A stretch of DNA of 64,000 nt from a candidate division FCPU426 bacterium (GTDB lineage: Bacteria; Oederibacteriota; Muellerivitia; Muellerivitales; Muellerivitaceae). The DNA lies in assembly GCA_963830915.1 (NCBI GenBank), contig CAWHOE010000053.1, forward strand, positions 1 through 64,000, written 5' to 3'. Position 1 is the stretch's first letter; each line of letters opens with the position of its first letter. This document shows positions 21,876 through 30,617 of the stretch, piece by piece. The position numbers were made by a program, and so were the translations under genes. The notes beneath the pieces were generated by a model that was given only the letters and a program-made list of their open reading frames with translations, was not told where the DNA came from and ran no database searches.

Positions 21876-21996
21876 TAGACCACTCCTTGCGTTTGTAAAG
21901 TTTTCAGCGCACACCCGAGCTAAAGGTCAGCCCCAACCTTTCCGACCATCGTTTCTAACCGATGATGAAAACAGATCCATCTCATACGACTTTTTC

Positions 21997-23466
21997 TTAA
22001 GCCTCATTCAGCTTGATCCCGACCGGAAGGCCCGGATCTCCTTCCAGCACTCCTACCAACTGTTGGACGACTCCCCTTAATACCTGGGCCTGGCCGGACA
22101 TTTCCTGGCTGGCCGCCGAAAGTTCCTCGGCGTTGGAGGTATTCTGCTGTGTCACCTTGTCCATCTGGCCCACCGCCATGGTGATCTCCTCGATGCCCCG
22201 GGATTGTTCCATGCTGGATACGGAGATGCCCGACAACAACTGGGAGACTTTCTTGGCCCTTTCCACCACGTCCGTGAGCGCCTTGCCGGCCTCCTCGCTG
22301 ATCTGCACGCCCTGGGATGTACGGGCCGTGTTCTCCTCGATCAGGGCCGCCGTGTCCTTGGCCGCCGCCGAACTGCGCTGGGCCAGGTTCCGGACCTCGT
22401 CCGCGACCACGGAGAAGCTCCTTCCCTGTTCCCCGGCCCGGGCCGCTTCCACCGCGGCGTTCAGGGCCAACAGGTTGGTCTGGAATGCGATCTCCTCGAT
22501 GGTCTCGATGATGCGGGCCATCTTCCCCGCGCTCTGGTTCACTTCCTTCATGGACTGGACGGTGCTTCGGACCTTCTCGCTGGATTCCAGGATGACCTTA
22601 TTGGCCTCTTCCATCATCTGGTTGGCCTTGACCGCGTTCTCGGAATTCTGTTTGGAAATGGAGGCCGTCTCCTCCAGGGAAGCGCTGGTCTCTTCCAAAG
22701 AACTGGCTCCCACCGAAGCTCCCTCGGCCAATCGCTGGCTTGAGGCGCTGATCTGGGACGACCCGACCGAGACTTGGCCCGCCCCAATTTCCAATTGACC
22801 GATCACGTCTTGAAGCACCCTCGCCACGCCCAAGACGATATAAAGGCTCAAACCGATGCCCAGGACAATTCCCAAGAATGTCAGGATCCCCGTCCACCAA
22901 TAAGAAACTCGGAGGTAAGACTGGTTTTTTTCGACCGTTTCGTTGGCCAAACCCAACTCATAATCGAGGAATTGTTTGACGCTGTAACCAACCTTGTCGA
23001 TGGATGGATACATGCGTTGAGATTGCATTTCACGCAGAGCGGCCAAGTCGCGTTTTTGAAGGGCCTGGGAAAGGTCGTCCAAAAAAGGCTTCGCCGTGCC
23101 CATCTTTTCTGAAATATCGGACAAAAGTTGTTTTTCATCCTCGTTGAGGCTCGATTGACTCAGAGCGTCATAGCTTGATTGGATCGTCTTTTCGATCTCC
23201 TCAAGCCTTCCTTCCGACACATCCCAGGGATAAGTACCTACCGCCAACTTATCCACCAACATCACCACATCCTGGGAATAGGCGTCCGAAAGAGCGACTG
23301 CCGTGGTCGTCTTGACATTGGTCTGCTCGTAGACCATTTTCATCCTTTGATTCGAGGTATCCGAGACCCAGAAACCCAGGAAAGCGATGATCAACATGAC
23401 GATGGAAAGCACGGCCACGCTCAACAAAAGCCTGTCCCTCAATCTCATGCGTTCGAAACGGATCAT
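21997..23466 (-). CDS. Methyl-accepting chemotaxis protein (four-helix periplasmic domain, no evident HAMP)
   Basis: Two TM segments; hairpin tip IAFQTNLLALNAAVEAARAGEQGR.F.VVADEVR.LA. Confidence 0.93.
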   Translation of the reverse strand: MIRFERMRLRDRLLLSVAVLSIVMLIIAFLGFWVSDTSNQRMKMVYEQTNVKTTTAVALSDAYSQDVVMLVDKLAVGTYPWDVSEGRLEEIEKTIQSSYDALSQSSLNEDEKQLLSDISEKMGTAKPFLDDLSQALQKRDLAALREMQSQRMYPSIDKVGYSVKQFLDYELGLANETVEKNQSYLRVSYWWTGILTFLGIVLGIGLSLYIVLGVARVLQDVIGQLEIGAGQVSVGSSQISASSQRLAEGASVGASSLEETSASLEETASISKQNSENAVKANQMMEEANKVILESSEKVRSTVQSMKEVNQSAGKMARIIETIEEIAFQTNLLALNAAVEAARAGEQGRSFSVVADEVRNLAQRSSAAAKDTAALIEENTARTSQGVQISEEAGKALTDVVERAKKVSQLLSGISVSSMEQSRGIEEITMAVGQMDKVTQQNTSNAEELSAASQEMSGQAQVLRGVVQQLVGVLEGDPGLPVGIKLNEA

Positions 23467-23477
23467 AAATCTCCTTA

Positions 23478-24035
23478 TTATTCCAGAGATAATGTGGCGA
23501 TGAGCACACCAATGGTCTTCGAGTCGCTCATGACCGGAACTGAAATTTGGACCGAGTAGATCTTGGTGGAAATATCCAACTGGGCCGGATTGACGACCAC
23601 CTTGCCTATGCCTTGGTTGAAGCAGTTGGTGAACTTATTCTCGGTCCCATGGATGAAATCATGGGATTTGGGTACGGTCCCGACGATATTTCCCTGACCA
23701 TCCAATGTGAAACATTTCACCATCACCGGCACCTGGGCCATATAAGCTTTCATGGTCTTGCAGGACGGTTTCTCCAAATAAGGTTTCACATACTCTGGAA
23801 TACCGATACTTTTCGACCATTTATCCTGGAGAGCCTGGGCGTCAGCGGCGGTCATGCCCAAGGCGTTCTGGGCCTGGATGTCATCAATGACCGTTTTTTC
23901 CGCCGCCAATTTTTGGAGCGTCGGCAGATACTTCTTCGCGACTTTCTGCGCGGCGTTAGAATGTCCATCGGCCCAGACCGTTGCCGTTCCCATCATTAAA
24001 AAAACCGAGACTAGAACCAAAATGGATTTACTCAT
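23478..24035 (-). CDS. Stand-alone periplasmic PDC/Cache-like sensor-domain protein
   Basis: Signal peptide (…VWA/D), LD.QGNIV and QISVPV…IGVL. Confidence 0.65.
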   Translation of the reverse strand: MSKSILVLVSVFLMMGTATVWADGHSNAAQKVAKKYLPTLQKLAAEKTVIDDIQAQNALGMTAADAQALQDKWSKSIGIPEYVKPYLEKPSCKTMKAYMAQVPVMVKCFTLDGQGNIVGTVPKSHDFIHGTENKFTNCFNQGIGKVVVNPAQLDISTKIYSVQISVPVMSDSKTIGVLIATLSLE

Positions 24036-24106
24036 TACTGACCCCTCCAGAATATTGATCCATCGAATCTTCACAAACACAGTGTGTTTACAGCGAAATC
24101 CCCTCT

Positions 24107-24601
24107 TTAGGCTTTCCCCAAATTCAAGGCGAAAAGCGCCCTGAAATCCTGTTCCAGTACGACCTTATCCACGTCCAACAGCACGATGATCCGTTCCTTG
24201 GTTTTGGCCAAGCCCAGGAGGAAATCAACCTTCAGGTCCTCGCCCAGCACCGGGAGCGGTTCGATCTCGGCGGCGGAAACCTTCACCACTTCCATGACCT
24301 TGTCCACTTGCAGACCCACCAGAAGGTCGCCCTCCTTGCCCTCGTACATCACGGTAATGACACAATTGTCGCGGGCCGGAGGAGCCTCGGGCAGGCCGAA
24401 CTTTTTCCGAAGGTCGATGACCGGCACGATCTTGCCCCTGAGATTGACCACCCCCCTCACGTATGCCGCGGCTTGAGGGACAGGGGTCACTTCCAATAAG
24501 CCGATGATCTCCCGCACCTTGAGTATCTCGATGCCGTATTCTTCCCCGCCCAATCGGAAGGTCAGGTACTTTCCTAGCGTGCTATGGCTTTTCGTCTCCA
24601 T
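24107..24601 (-). CDS. cheW: Chemotaxis adaptor
   Basis: YLTF.LG.EEYGI.I.KV.EI and GVVNLRG.IVPVIDLR; RBS GGAGG. Confidence 0.95.
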   Translation of the reverse strand: METKSHSTLGKYLTFRLGGEEYGIEILKVREIIGLLEVTPVPQAAAYVRGVVNLRGKIVPVIDLRKKFGLPEAPPARDNCVITVMYEGKEGDLLVGLQVDKVMEVVKVSAAEIEPLPVLGEDLKVDFLLGLAKTKERIIVLLDVDKVVLEQDFRALFALNLGKA

Positions 24602-24615
24602 CCAGCTACCTCCGG

Positions 24616-26625
24616 TCAATTCGCGGCGTAAGCCGCCGGCTTTTCCCTCAAGAACGCGTCCACATCCAGGATCAACCCGACCCGACCATCCCCCAAGACC
24701 GCTCCGCCCGCGATACCACGAGCGCTATCCAGGGTTTCCCCAAGCTGTTTGACCACGACCTGTTTCTTGCCCAGGACCTCGTCCACGATCAACCCGGCCT
24801 GTCGTCCGCCCCGCTCCAGAACCACGAGGATGGGCCTGCCATCGAGAGCGGGTTCGCAGGCCAGCCAGTAGGGGATATCCACCAAGGGGATGTTCTCATC
24901 CCGCACATGCATGTATTTGGGACCAGCCCCTATCTGATGCCGTTGGGTTTCCTTGACCTCGACCATCTGCCTTACGTAATAAGCCGGGACCACGTACCTT
25001 TCCTTTCGGATGCGGACCAGGATCCCGTCCATAAGGGTAATGGTGATAGGGATCCGAAGGGTGAAGGTCGTGCCCTGCCCAGGACGGGTATCGATCGAGA
25101 CCGAACCCCTAAGGTATTCGACCTTGCGTTTGACCATCTCCATGCCGATGCCCCGGCCCGAGACCTCGGATATCTCGGAGGCTGTGGAAAAATTGGGCGC
25201 GAATATGAGTTCGGCCAGTTCGGCCTCGGTGACTTCCTGGCCTTCCGGGATCAGACCCAGAGCCCGTCCTTTTTGCTCCAGTTTTTCCAGATCCAGCCCG
25301 CCCCCATCATCCTGGACTCTCAGGATGAAATCCCCGCTGTCCCGGCTGGCCTGCAGGCGGATACATCCTTCCGCGGGCTTTCCCAAAACCAACCGTTTTT
25401 CGACACTTTCCAACCCATGGTCCACGGCGTTCCGCAACAGATGGACCAGGGGCTCGGTCAATTCCTCGGCCACTCCCTTATCCAACTCAGTTTCGCCGCC
25501 CAACAGTTCAAGCCTCAGTGGTTTACCCATCTTTTGGGAAAGGTCCCGGACTAGACGGTTCATCCTCAGGAATAGGGATTCCACCGGCACCATGCGAAGG
25601 GAAAGGACCAAGTCCTGTAGCATCCGCGATATCTTGCCCAATCGTTCCGACTCCGAGGCCACATGGCCCGTGATATGGGCGGCCTGGATGCCCTCGGTGA
25701 CTTGGGTCTGACAGATCGCCAATTCACCCACCGCCTCAAGGAGGGCATCCATTTTCTCGACCGGTATACGGATGGAATTCTCCCGTTTAACAATCGATAG
25801 GCTGGCCCCGGTCTTTCCTGGGGCGGCCGTTATTTTGGACGATTCACCTTCCTCGGTGGAAGCCAGGTCCTCCAATAGGGTCCCCATCCCCACCAATTCG
25901 AAACGTCCTCGGGATAGTCCCTTCTGTACCTGTTCAACCTGGCGGCGGAAAACATCCGCCACTTGGAGAAGCAGATCGATCTGACTTTCGGTCGGGCGGC
26001 CCGTCCCTTCTTTATAGGGGCTCAGGAGGGATTCAGCCTCATGGGCCAACTTGGAAAGCGCCGGAAGGTTCATGAAACCGCAAACACCCTTCAGGGTATG
26101 GAAAGGCCGATAGACGTTCATCACATCCCAACTCTCCCCACGGCTGAGGGCCAGAAGATTGGACTCGATGGACTCGATATATTCAGGCACCTCGTGGGTA
26201 AATTCCTTGAACGCCGAATGGTCCTCAGCCGGTATGACGAACTCGCCCTTCAATGGGATATCATTTTTGGGAGAGGACTGAACAGACTGAGGGACAGTGT
26301 CTTTGGGATCGATTTTTTCTTCTTTTCCGCTGGCGTTCAGCTTTTGGGTGGTCTCCAGGATCAATTGAAGGGTTCGCTCCAATCCAACATTCAGGGCCCG
26401 CCCGGCTTTCAATCCCTCTTCCAATTGTTTAGCCCGATAGTTCAATTCTTTCTCAGCCTTGGTTCCCAACAAAGCCTTGGCTTTGGAGGTCCAAGCGCGA
26501 AAACGCCCCAAACCCGCCAGGACCTGTTCCAAAGTTGGGTCATCCGCCATCGTCAAAGGATGGCTAATGGAGTCCAGCTCCTCTTTCAACGACTCGTGGA
26601 ATTGGGCTGAGGAAGCTTCGTTCAT
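24616..26625 (-). CDS. cheA: Chemotaxis histidine kinase with an extra N-terminal helical domain and no P2 domain
   Basis: Hpt R.FHTLKG, dimerisation domain, HLLRNAVDHG, DDGGG, VSGRGIGM, and a C-terminal CheW-like domain. Confidence 0.95.
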   Translation of the reverse strand: MNEASSAQFHESLKEELDSISHPLTMADDPTLEQVLAGLGRFRAWTSKAKALLGTKAEKELNYRAKQLEEGLKAGRALNVGLERTLQLILETTQKLNASGKEEKIDPKDTVPQSVQSSPKNDIPLKGEFVIPAEDHSAFKEFTHEVPEYIESIESNLLALSRGESWDVMNVYRPFHTLKGVCGFMNLPALSKLAHEAESLLSPYKEGTGRPTESQIDLLLQVADVFRRQVEQVQKGLSRGRFELVGMGTLLEDLASTEEGESSKITAAPGKTGASLSIVKRENSIRIPVEKMDALLEAVGELAICQTQVTEGIQAAHITGHVASESERLGKISRMLQDLVLSLRMVPVESLFLRMNRLVRDLSQKMGKPLRLELLGGETELDKGVAEELTEPLVHLLRNAVDHGLESVEKRLVLGKPAEGCIRLQASRDSGDFILRVQDDGGGLDLEKLEQKGRALGLIPEGQEVTEAELAELIFAPNFSTASEISEVSGRGIGMEMVKRKVEYLRGSVSIDTRPGQGTTFTLRIPITITLMDGILVRIRKERYVVPAYYVRQMVEVKETQRHQIGAGPKYMHVRDENIPLVDIPYWLACEPALDGRPILVVLERGGRQAGLIVDEVLGKKQVVVKQLGETLDSARGIAGGAVLGDGRVGLILDVDAFLREKPAAYAAN

Positions 26626-27140
26626 CGAGTCTCCTTTTTAAAATTAGAGGAACTGCCAGGTTCGACCCAGAGACGTATCTCGACCGGATGGTTATCCACG
26701 GTAAGGAAACTGGACACACCCAACGCGTCCTTAGGCCAGGACTCCCGGGTGATATTGGAAGGAATAAAGTGATTGAATGAATGGGTAGGCCAGCAGGATG
26801 TCAAAAGGTGGCCGCAAAAAAGATTGGCCAGCTCTTTGAGTGAGTCGACTCCCTTCTCATCGTTGGCGTCATCCCCTAGGGCCGATTCAGCCAGTAACCG
26901 GCCGAACTCATGCTGACAGCGGATCACGAGGGTACTTCTCAGTGTGCCGGATATATGGACTCCTAACTCAATGGAAAAGTCGATGGTTTCTTGGGAGGTG
27001 GACCCAATATATTCAGAAGGGAGGTAGGCCCATTTGGCCAGGACATCCCGAAAAACCTCATAGAGGGTCAAACTGGAAGGCAGATCAGATTCAAACCGGT
27101 TCAAGCCTTGGGATACACCGATCGAATTCGATGCAGACAT
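26622..27140 (-). CDS. CheX/CheC-like phosphatase
   Basis: ISG…G/S.LVIR and DSLKELANLFCGHLL (ExxN motif); RBS GGAGG before ATG 27140. Confidence 0.7.
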   Translation of the reverse strand: MSASNSIGVSQGLNRFESDLPSSLTLYEVFRDVLAKWAYLPSEYIGSTSQETIDFSIELGVHISGTLRSTLVIRCQHEFGRLLAESALGDDANDEKGVDSLKELANLFCGHLLTSCWPTHSFNHFIPSNITRESWPKDALGVSSFLTVDNHPVEIRLWVEPGSSSNFKKETR

Positions 27141-27377
27141 ATTCCCCTCCGAAATTTTGAGAATATTCATTTGAAACAACTAGTTTTTCTTTAAAATTGC
27201 CTTTGTTGATTACTTTATGTTAATTTTTCGACTTTTTTCCGATGAAAGCAGGTAAAGTTTTTGTCGTTTACCTTTAACGATTTTAACATTTTTAACAACC
27301 CAAACAAATAAATAGTTACCCTAAAGGTATATAGTTTCTTAATTTTAGCAAGGCCTAATCGTCCCATCATTTCTAAA

Positions 27378-28181
27378 TTAAACCCTTATCAACCGGCCAG
27401 CGATTTCCACGATTTCCTCAGGTGTAGCCGGTTTTTCCAAAAACCAGATGTAAGGGTCTTCCATGAATTCCCGCAAAAGGTCCGGTGTGATATTCCCTGA
27501 CAGCACCATGACTGGCTTGGTCTTCAATAAAGCGTTGGAACGCATCTTCCTTAAAAAGGTCCTTCCGTCCATCCCAGGCATCTCCAGGTCGGTGATGATC
27601 AAGTCCACTTTCTTTTGTGACATTTCCGTCATGGCCGCTTTCCCATCCTCGGCCTCGCGGATCACGACTTCGGGAAACGCTTTGGCCAAAGCCCTGCGGA
27701 CGAAACCCCGCACCATTCCCGAATCCTCTATCAATAATATTTGGCGCTGGGACGTCTCCTTCGATATAAAACCTGTCGGGACCGGTTCGTCCATCAGGGT
27801 TTTGATGCGGTCCAGCAAATCGGATCTTTTTTTCTTATGGACCCAACCCCTCACGTGTGTTCTTTCTAAAAGCTCTAGTATGTTGGCGGCCTCGTTCTCA
27901 GTGAATAGGAGGACATGTCTTTTTTGGGGTTGGAGGATGTTCAGCAGGTCCATCCCTTCCAAGCCTGGCACAGACCATTCACTAACGACCAATTCAGGAG
28001 CATGGCTTTCCAACAAACTCTTCAGTCCCCTGGCATCACCCGCCTCAAGAACTTCCAACCCCAGGATCTCCAGGCGCAGAACCAACAATTGCCTGGTCTC
28101 TTGCACCGGATCGATGACCATGACCTTCTTTAAATGGACCGCCTTGGCGGGGGCGTTGATCCTTGTTTGGATTTGGCTCAT
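27378..28181 (-). CDS. Tandem receiver protein (pseudo-REC + canonical REC), copy 2
   Basis: Clear paralog of 13521..14294; both share IREAEDG…EM.QKKVDLI.TDLEMPGMDG.TFL. Confidence 0.85.
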   Translation of the reverse strand: MSQIQTRINAPAKAVHLKKVMVIDPVQETRQLLVLRLEILGLEVLEAGDARGLKSLLESHAPELVVSEWSVPGLEGMDLLNILQPQKRHVLLFTENEAANILELLERTHVRGWVHKKKRSDLLDRIKTLMDEPVPTGFISKETSQRQILLIEDSGMVRGFVRRALAKAFPEVVIREAEDGKAAMTEMSQKKVDLIITDLEMPGMDGRTFLRKMRSNALLKTKPVMVLSGNITPDLLREFMEDPYIWFLEKPATPEEIVEIAGRLIRV

Positions 28182-28200
28182 TTTCGCACCTCTGTCTTGG

Positions 28201-28539
28201 TTAATGGGATGAACCGGCTGTGTCCCTTGGATCCTCGATCTCCGAAAGAAGCTGAGAGAGGTTTTCCGAGGCTTGGATGATGAGCCGCATGATCTTCTCG
28301 ATCACCGGCTCCAAAGGCTTTCCTTCCCTGATATTGGTCTTGATCTCCCATATATAATTCCTGAGCGAATCGGTCCAAGGACTGCCGATGTCGCCCGCTT
28401 TCAGGGTCCAACTTTCCAGGTCTTTCAAGAAATGTTCGACATCCTCATTTCGGGGATCTTTCGCCAGGGCGATCCTGGTCGCTAAGGTGGCCAGTTCCCT
28501 CTCCAAGTCCTTGAAGAACATTTTGAGCGGCTCGGTCAC
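28201..28539 (-). CDS. Uncharacterised ~110-aa helical protein, copy 2
   Basis: RBS AAGGAGG before GTG; paralogous to 12944..13267 and to the CheA N-terminus. Confidence 0.8.
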   Translation of the reverse strand: MTEPLKMFFKDLERELATLATRIALAKDPRNEDVEHFLKDLESWTLKAGDIGSPWTDSLRNYIWEIKTNIREGKPLEPVIEKIMRLIIQASENLSQLLSEIEDPRDTAGSSH

Positions 28540-28561
28540 GAGACGCCTCCTTGTATTAGGT

Positions 28562-29035
28562 TCAGTTGCTAACGTCCGGCTCGACCCAAAGACGGATCTC
28601 CATGGGATACTTTTCGACCAGCATGGCGCAGGCCGATTTGGGGTTTTGCTTGGGCCAAGAAAAAGGGTTGCAGGGCGTGGAATGGAATGGTTTGAAGCTT
28701 TTAGGGTCCCAGTGGGTGGCTAAAAAGTGGCCGCAATAGAGATTGACCAGGTCGGTAAAGGCATCCTCTTCCGACAGGGGTTGAACAGCTTCGGACGAGA
28801 GACGTTCGGTCAATAAACCCCCGACTTTCCGATGGGCGCGAACTACCATCAGTCCCTTGACCGGACCCGACAGATAAACACTTCGCTCAAGGGTCATGAT
28901 GGAAGGGCCCTCGACTGGAGCCCCTATATGTTCACAAGAAAGCTTGGCCCATTTGCCCAGGACCAAATCGAATGCCTTGAAAAGATCGATCCCGGAAGGG
29001 ATCGGTCTATCCTCGGAAGATGGGGTTGTTCCCAA
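28562..29035 (-). CDS. CheX/CheC-like protein, copy 2 (DxxN variant)
   Basis: DAFTDLVNLYCGHFL; shares WPK and P.EIRLWVEP with 26622..27140. Start placed at TTG 29035 after AAGGA, because the longer ORF begins inside the sigma54 promoter. Confidence 0.7.
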   Translation of the reverse strand: MGTTPSSEDRPIPSGIDLFKAFDLVLGKWAKLSCEHIGAPVEGPSIMTLERSVYLSGPVKGLMVVRAHRKVGGLLTERLSSEAVQPLSEEDAFTDLVNLYCGHFLATHWDPKSFKPFHSTPCNPFSWPKQNPKSACAMLVEKYPMEIRLWVEPDVSN

Positions 29036-29096
29036 GGTGATATTCCTTATTTTTCCCCGTTTATTTTTTGATCGAACCAACATGCTTACCTTACAA

Positions 29097-29113
29097 AGCA
29101 AGCCTTATGCCAA
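29097..29113 (-). promoter_or_regulatory. Sigma54 -24/-12 promoter
   Basis: Minus strand TTGGCATAAGGCTTGCT, directly downstream of the sigma54-activator gene. Confidence 0.82.
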
Positions 29114-29270
29114 GGAAATACCCAAGAAATAAGGAGTTCTACGCGGGGAAAAAAGCCGGCATTTCCCAAATTGGGTAATGTAAAGGACGGGTTGGGTAAG
29201 GGGTTTTAGAAGGAAATAAGCGGGGAATAAGCCAATTAAGGGTTGAACCTATAGAAGCAAAGAACGGTGG

Positions 29271-30617
29271 TCACTGAATGTTGTATTTTTTGATCTTATT
29301 GAAAAGGGTCTTTCGGGTGATACCCAGCATTTCAGCCGCTCGGGATTTGTTCCATCGGGCCTGTACCAGTGTTTTTTCGATCTGGTCCTTTTCATTGGCC
29401 GTGTCGGGCGTTGTTTCGCCGTCCTCATCGGAAGGTTCGACGAACTCATAATCCATGATCTCGTCAGGAATGTCGCTGACGGTCACTTGCGCTCCTCTGG
29501 CGCAAATGACCATTCGGTTGATGACGTTCTTGAGTTCCCTGACATTGCCTGGCCAAGGATATTCCTGGAATTCCGACAAAACCTTTTCCGGAAGAGGATC
29601 CAGTTTTTTGTTGAAGGCCTGGCAGGCTTCCTTCCAGAAGAACTTAGCCAATTCCACGATATCCATTGGGCGAGACCTAAGCGGGGGGAGTTTAAGGGGA
29701 ATGACGTTCAGGCGGTAATAGAGGTCCGCCCGGAACCGGCCTTCCTTGGAATCCTTTTCCAGGTCCCGGTTGGTGGCGGCGATGACCCGCACATCCAGTT
29801 CGATTTCCTTGATCCCTCCCACCCTCCGGAACTTCCGGTCTTCCAGTACTTTGAGCAGTTTGGTCTGGGTGGATAAGGGCATCTCTCCTACCTCGTCCAG
29901 GAAAATGCTTCCCCCCTGGGCAGCCTCGAAGAGCCCTGGCTTTTGTTTCTTGGCATCGGTGAATGATCCCGCCTCATGGCCGAAGAGCTCCGATTCCATC
30001 AGTGATTCGGGCAAAGCGCCGCAATGTAGTTCCACGAAAGGTTTGGTGGAACGGGGGGATAGATAATGAATGAGTTTGGCGGCGTGCTCCTTGCCCGTGC
30101 CCGTTTCTCCCAGGAGCAGGGCGGTCACCTTCTCCTGCTTGGCTAGTTGTTCGATCTGCTCATAGACCGCCTCCATGGCCGGGTCGGACAGAAAAAGGTA
30201 CTCGCTCCCGAATTGTTCCCTCATGTAATTCTTCAGGACTTTCACTTCCTGTCGTAACCCCATCTTGTCGCTGAATCGTTTCAGGACGATCTGCAGGTCG
30301 TCCAAACTGAGGGGTTTCTGAAGATAATCCTCCGCGCCTGATTTCATGGCGTCAACGGCCGATTTGACCCCCGTCGCCGCGGTCATGATGATCACTCCCA
30401 CGGAAGGCAGCTGGGAACGGAAATGGGACAAGAGTTCCATGCCTTTTACGTCCGGAAGGAATAGGTCCAGCAGGATCAAGTCGGGCTTGAAGGAAACAGC
30501 TTTCCTTTTCCCTTCCTCGCCCGTGAACCCACTTTCCACCCCATGGCCCTCTTCCGTCAGGAATGGCGCCAGCGCCACGTGCATGGATTTCTCATCGTCG
30601 ATGATTAATATCCTCAT
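29271..30617 (-). CDS. NtrC-family sigma54-dependent response regulator
   Basis: REC domain, GETGTGKE, ESELFGHE.GSFTDA, FLDEVGE, WPGNVREL, Fis-type HTH. Confidence 0.95.
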   Translation of the reverse strand: MRILIIDDEKSMHVALAPFLTEEGHGVESGFTGEEGKRKAVSFKPDLILLDLFLPDVKGMELLSHFRSQLPSVGVIIMTAATGVKSAVDAMKSGAEDYLQKPLSLDDLQIVLKRFSDKMGLRQEVKVLKNYMREQFGSEYLFLSDPAMEAVYEQIEQLAKQEKVTALLLGETGTGKEHAAKLIHYLSPRSTKPFVELHCGALPESLMESELFGHEAGSFTDAKKQKPGLFEAAQGGSIFLDEVGEMPLSTQTKLLKVLEDRKFRRVGGIKEIELDVRVIAATNRDLEKDSKEGRFRADLYYRLNVIPLKLPPLRSRPMDIVELAKFFWKEACQAFNKKLDPLPEKVLSEFQEYPWPGNVRELKNVINRMVICARGAQVTVSDIPDEIMDYEFVEPSDEDGETTPDTANEKDQIEKTLVQARWNKSRAAEMLGITRKTLFNKIKKYNIQ

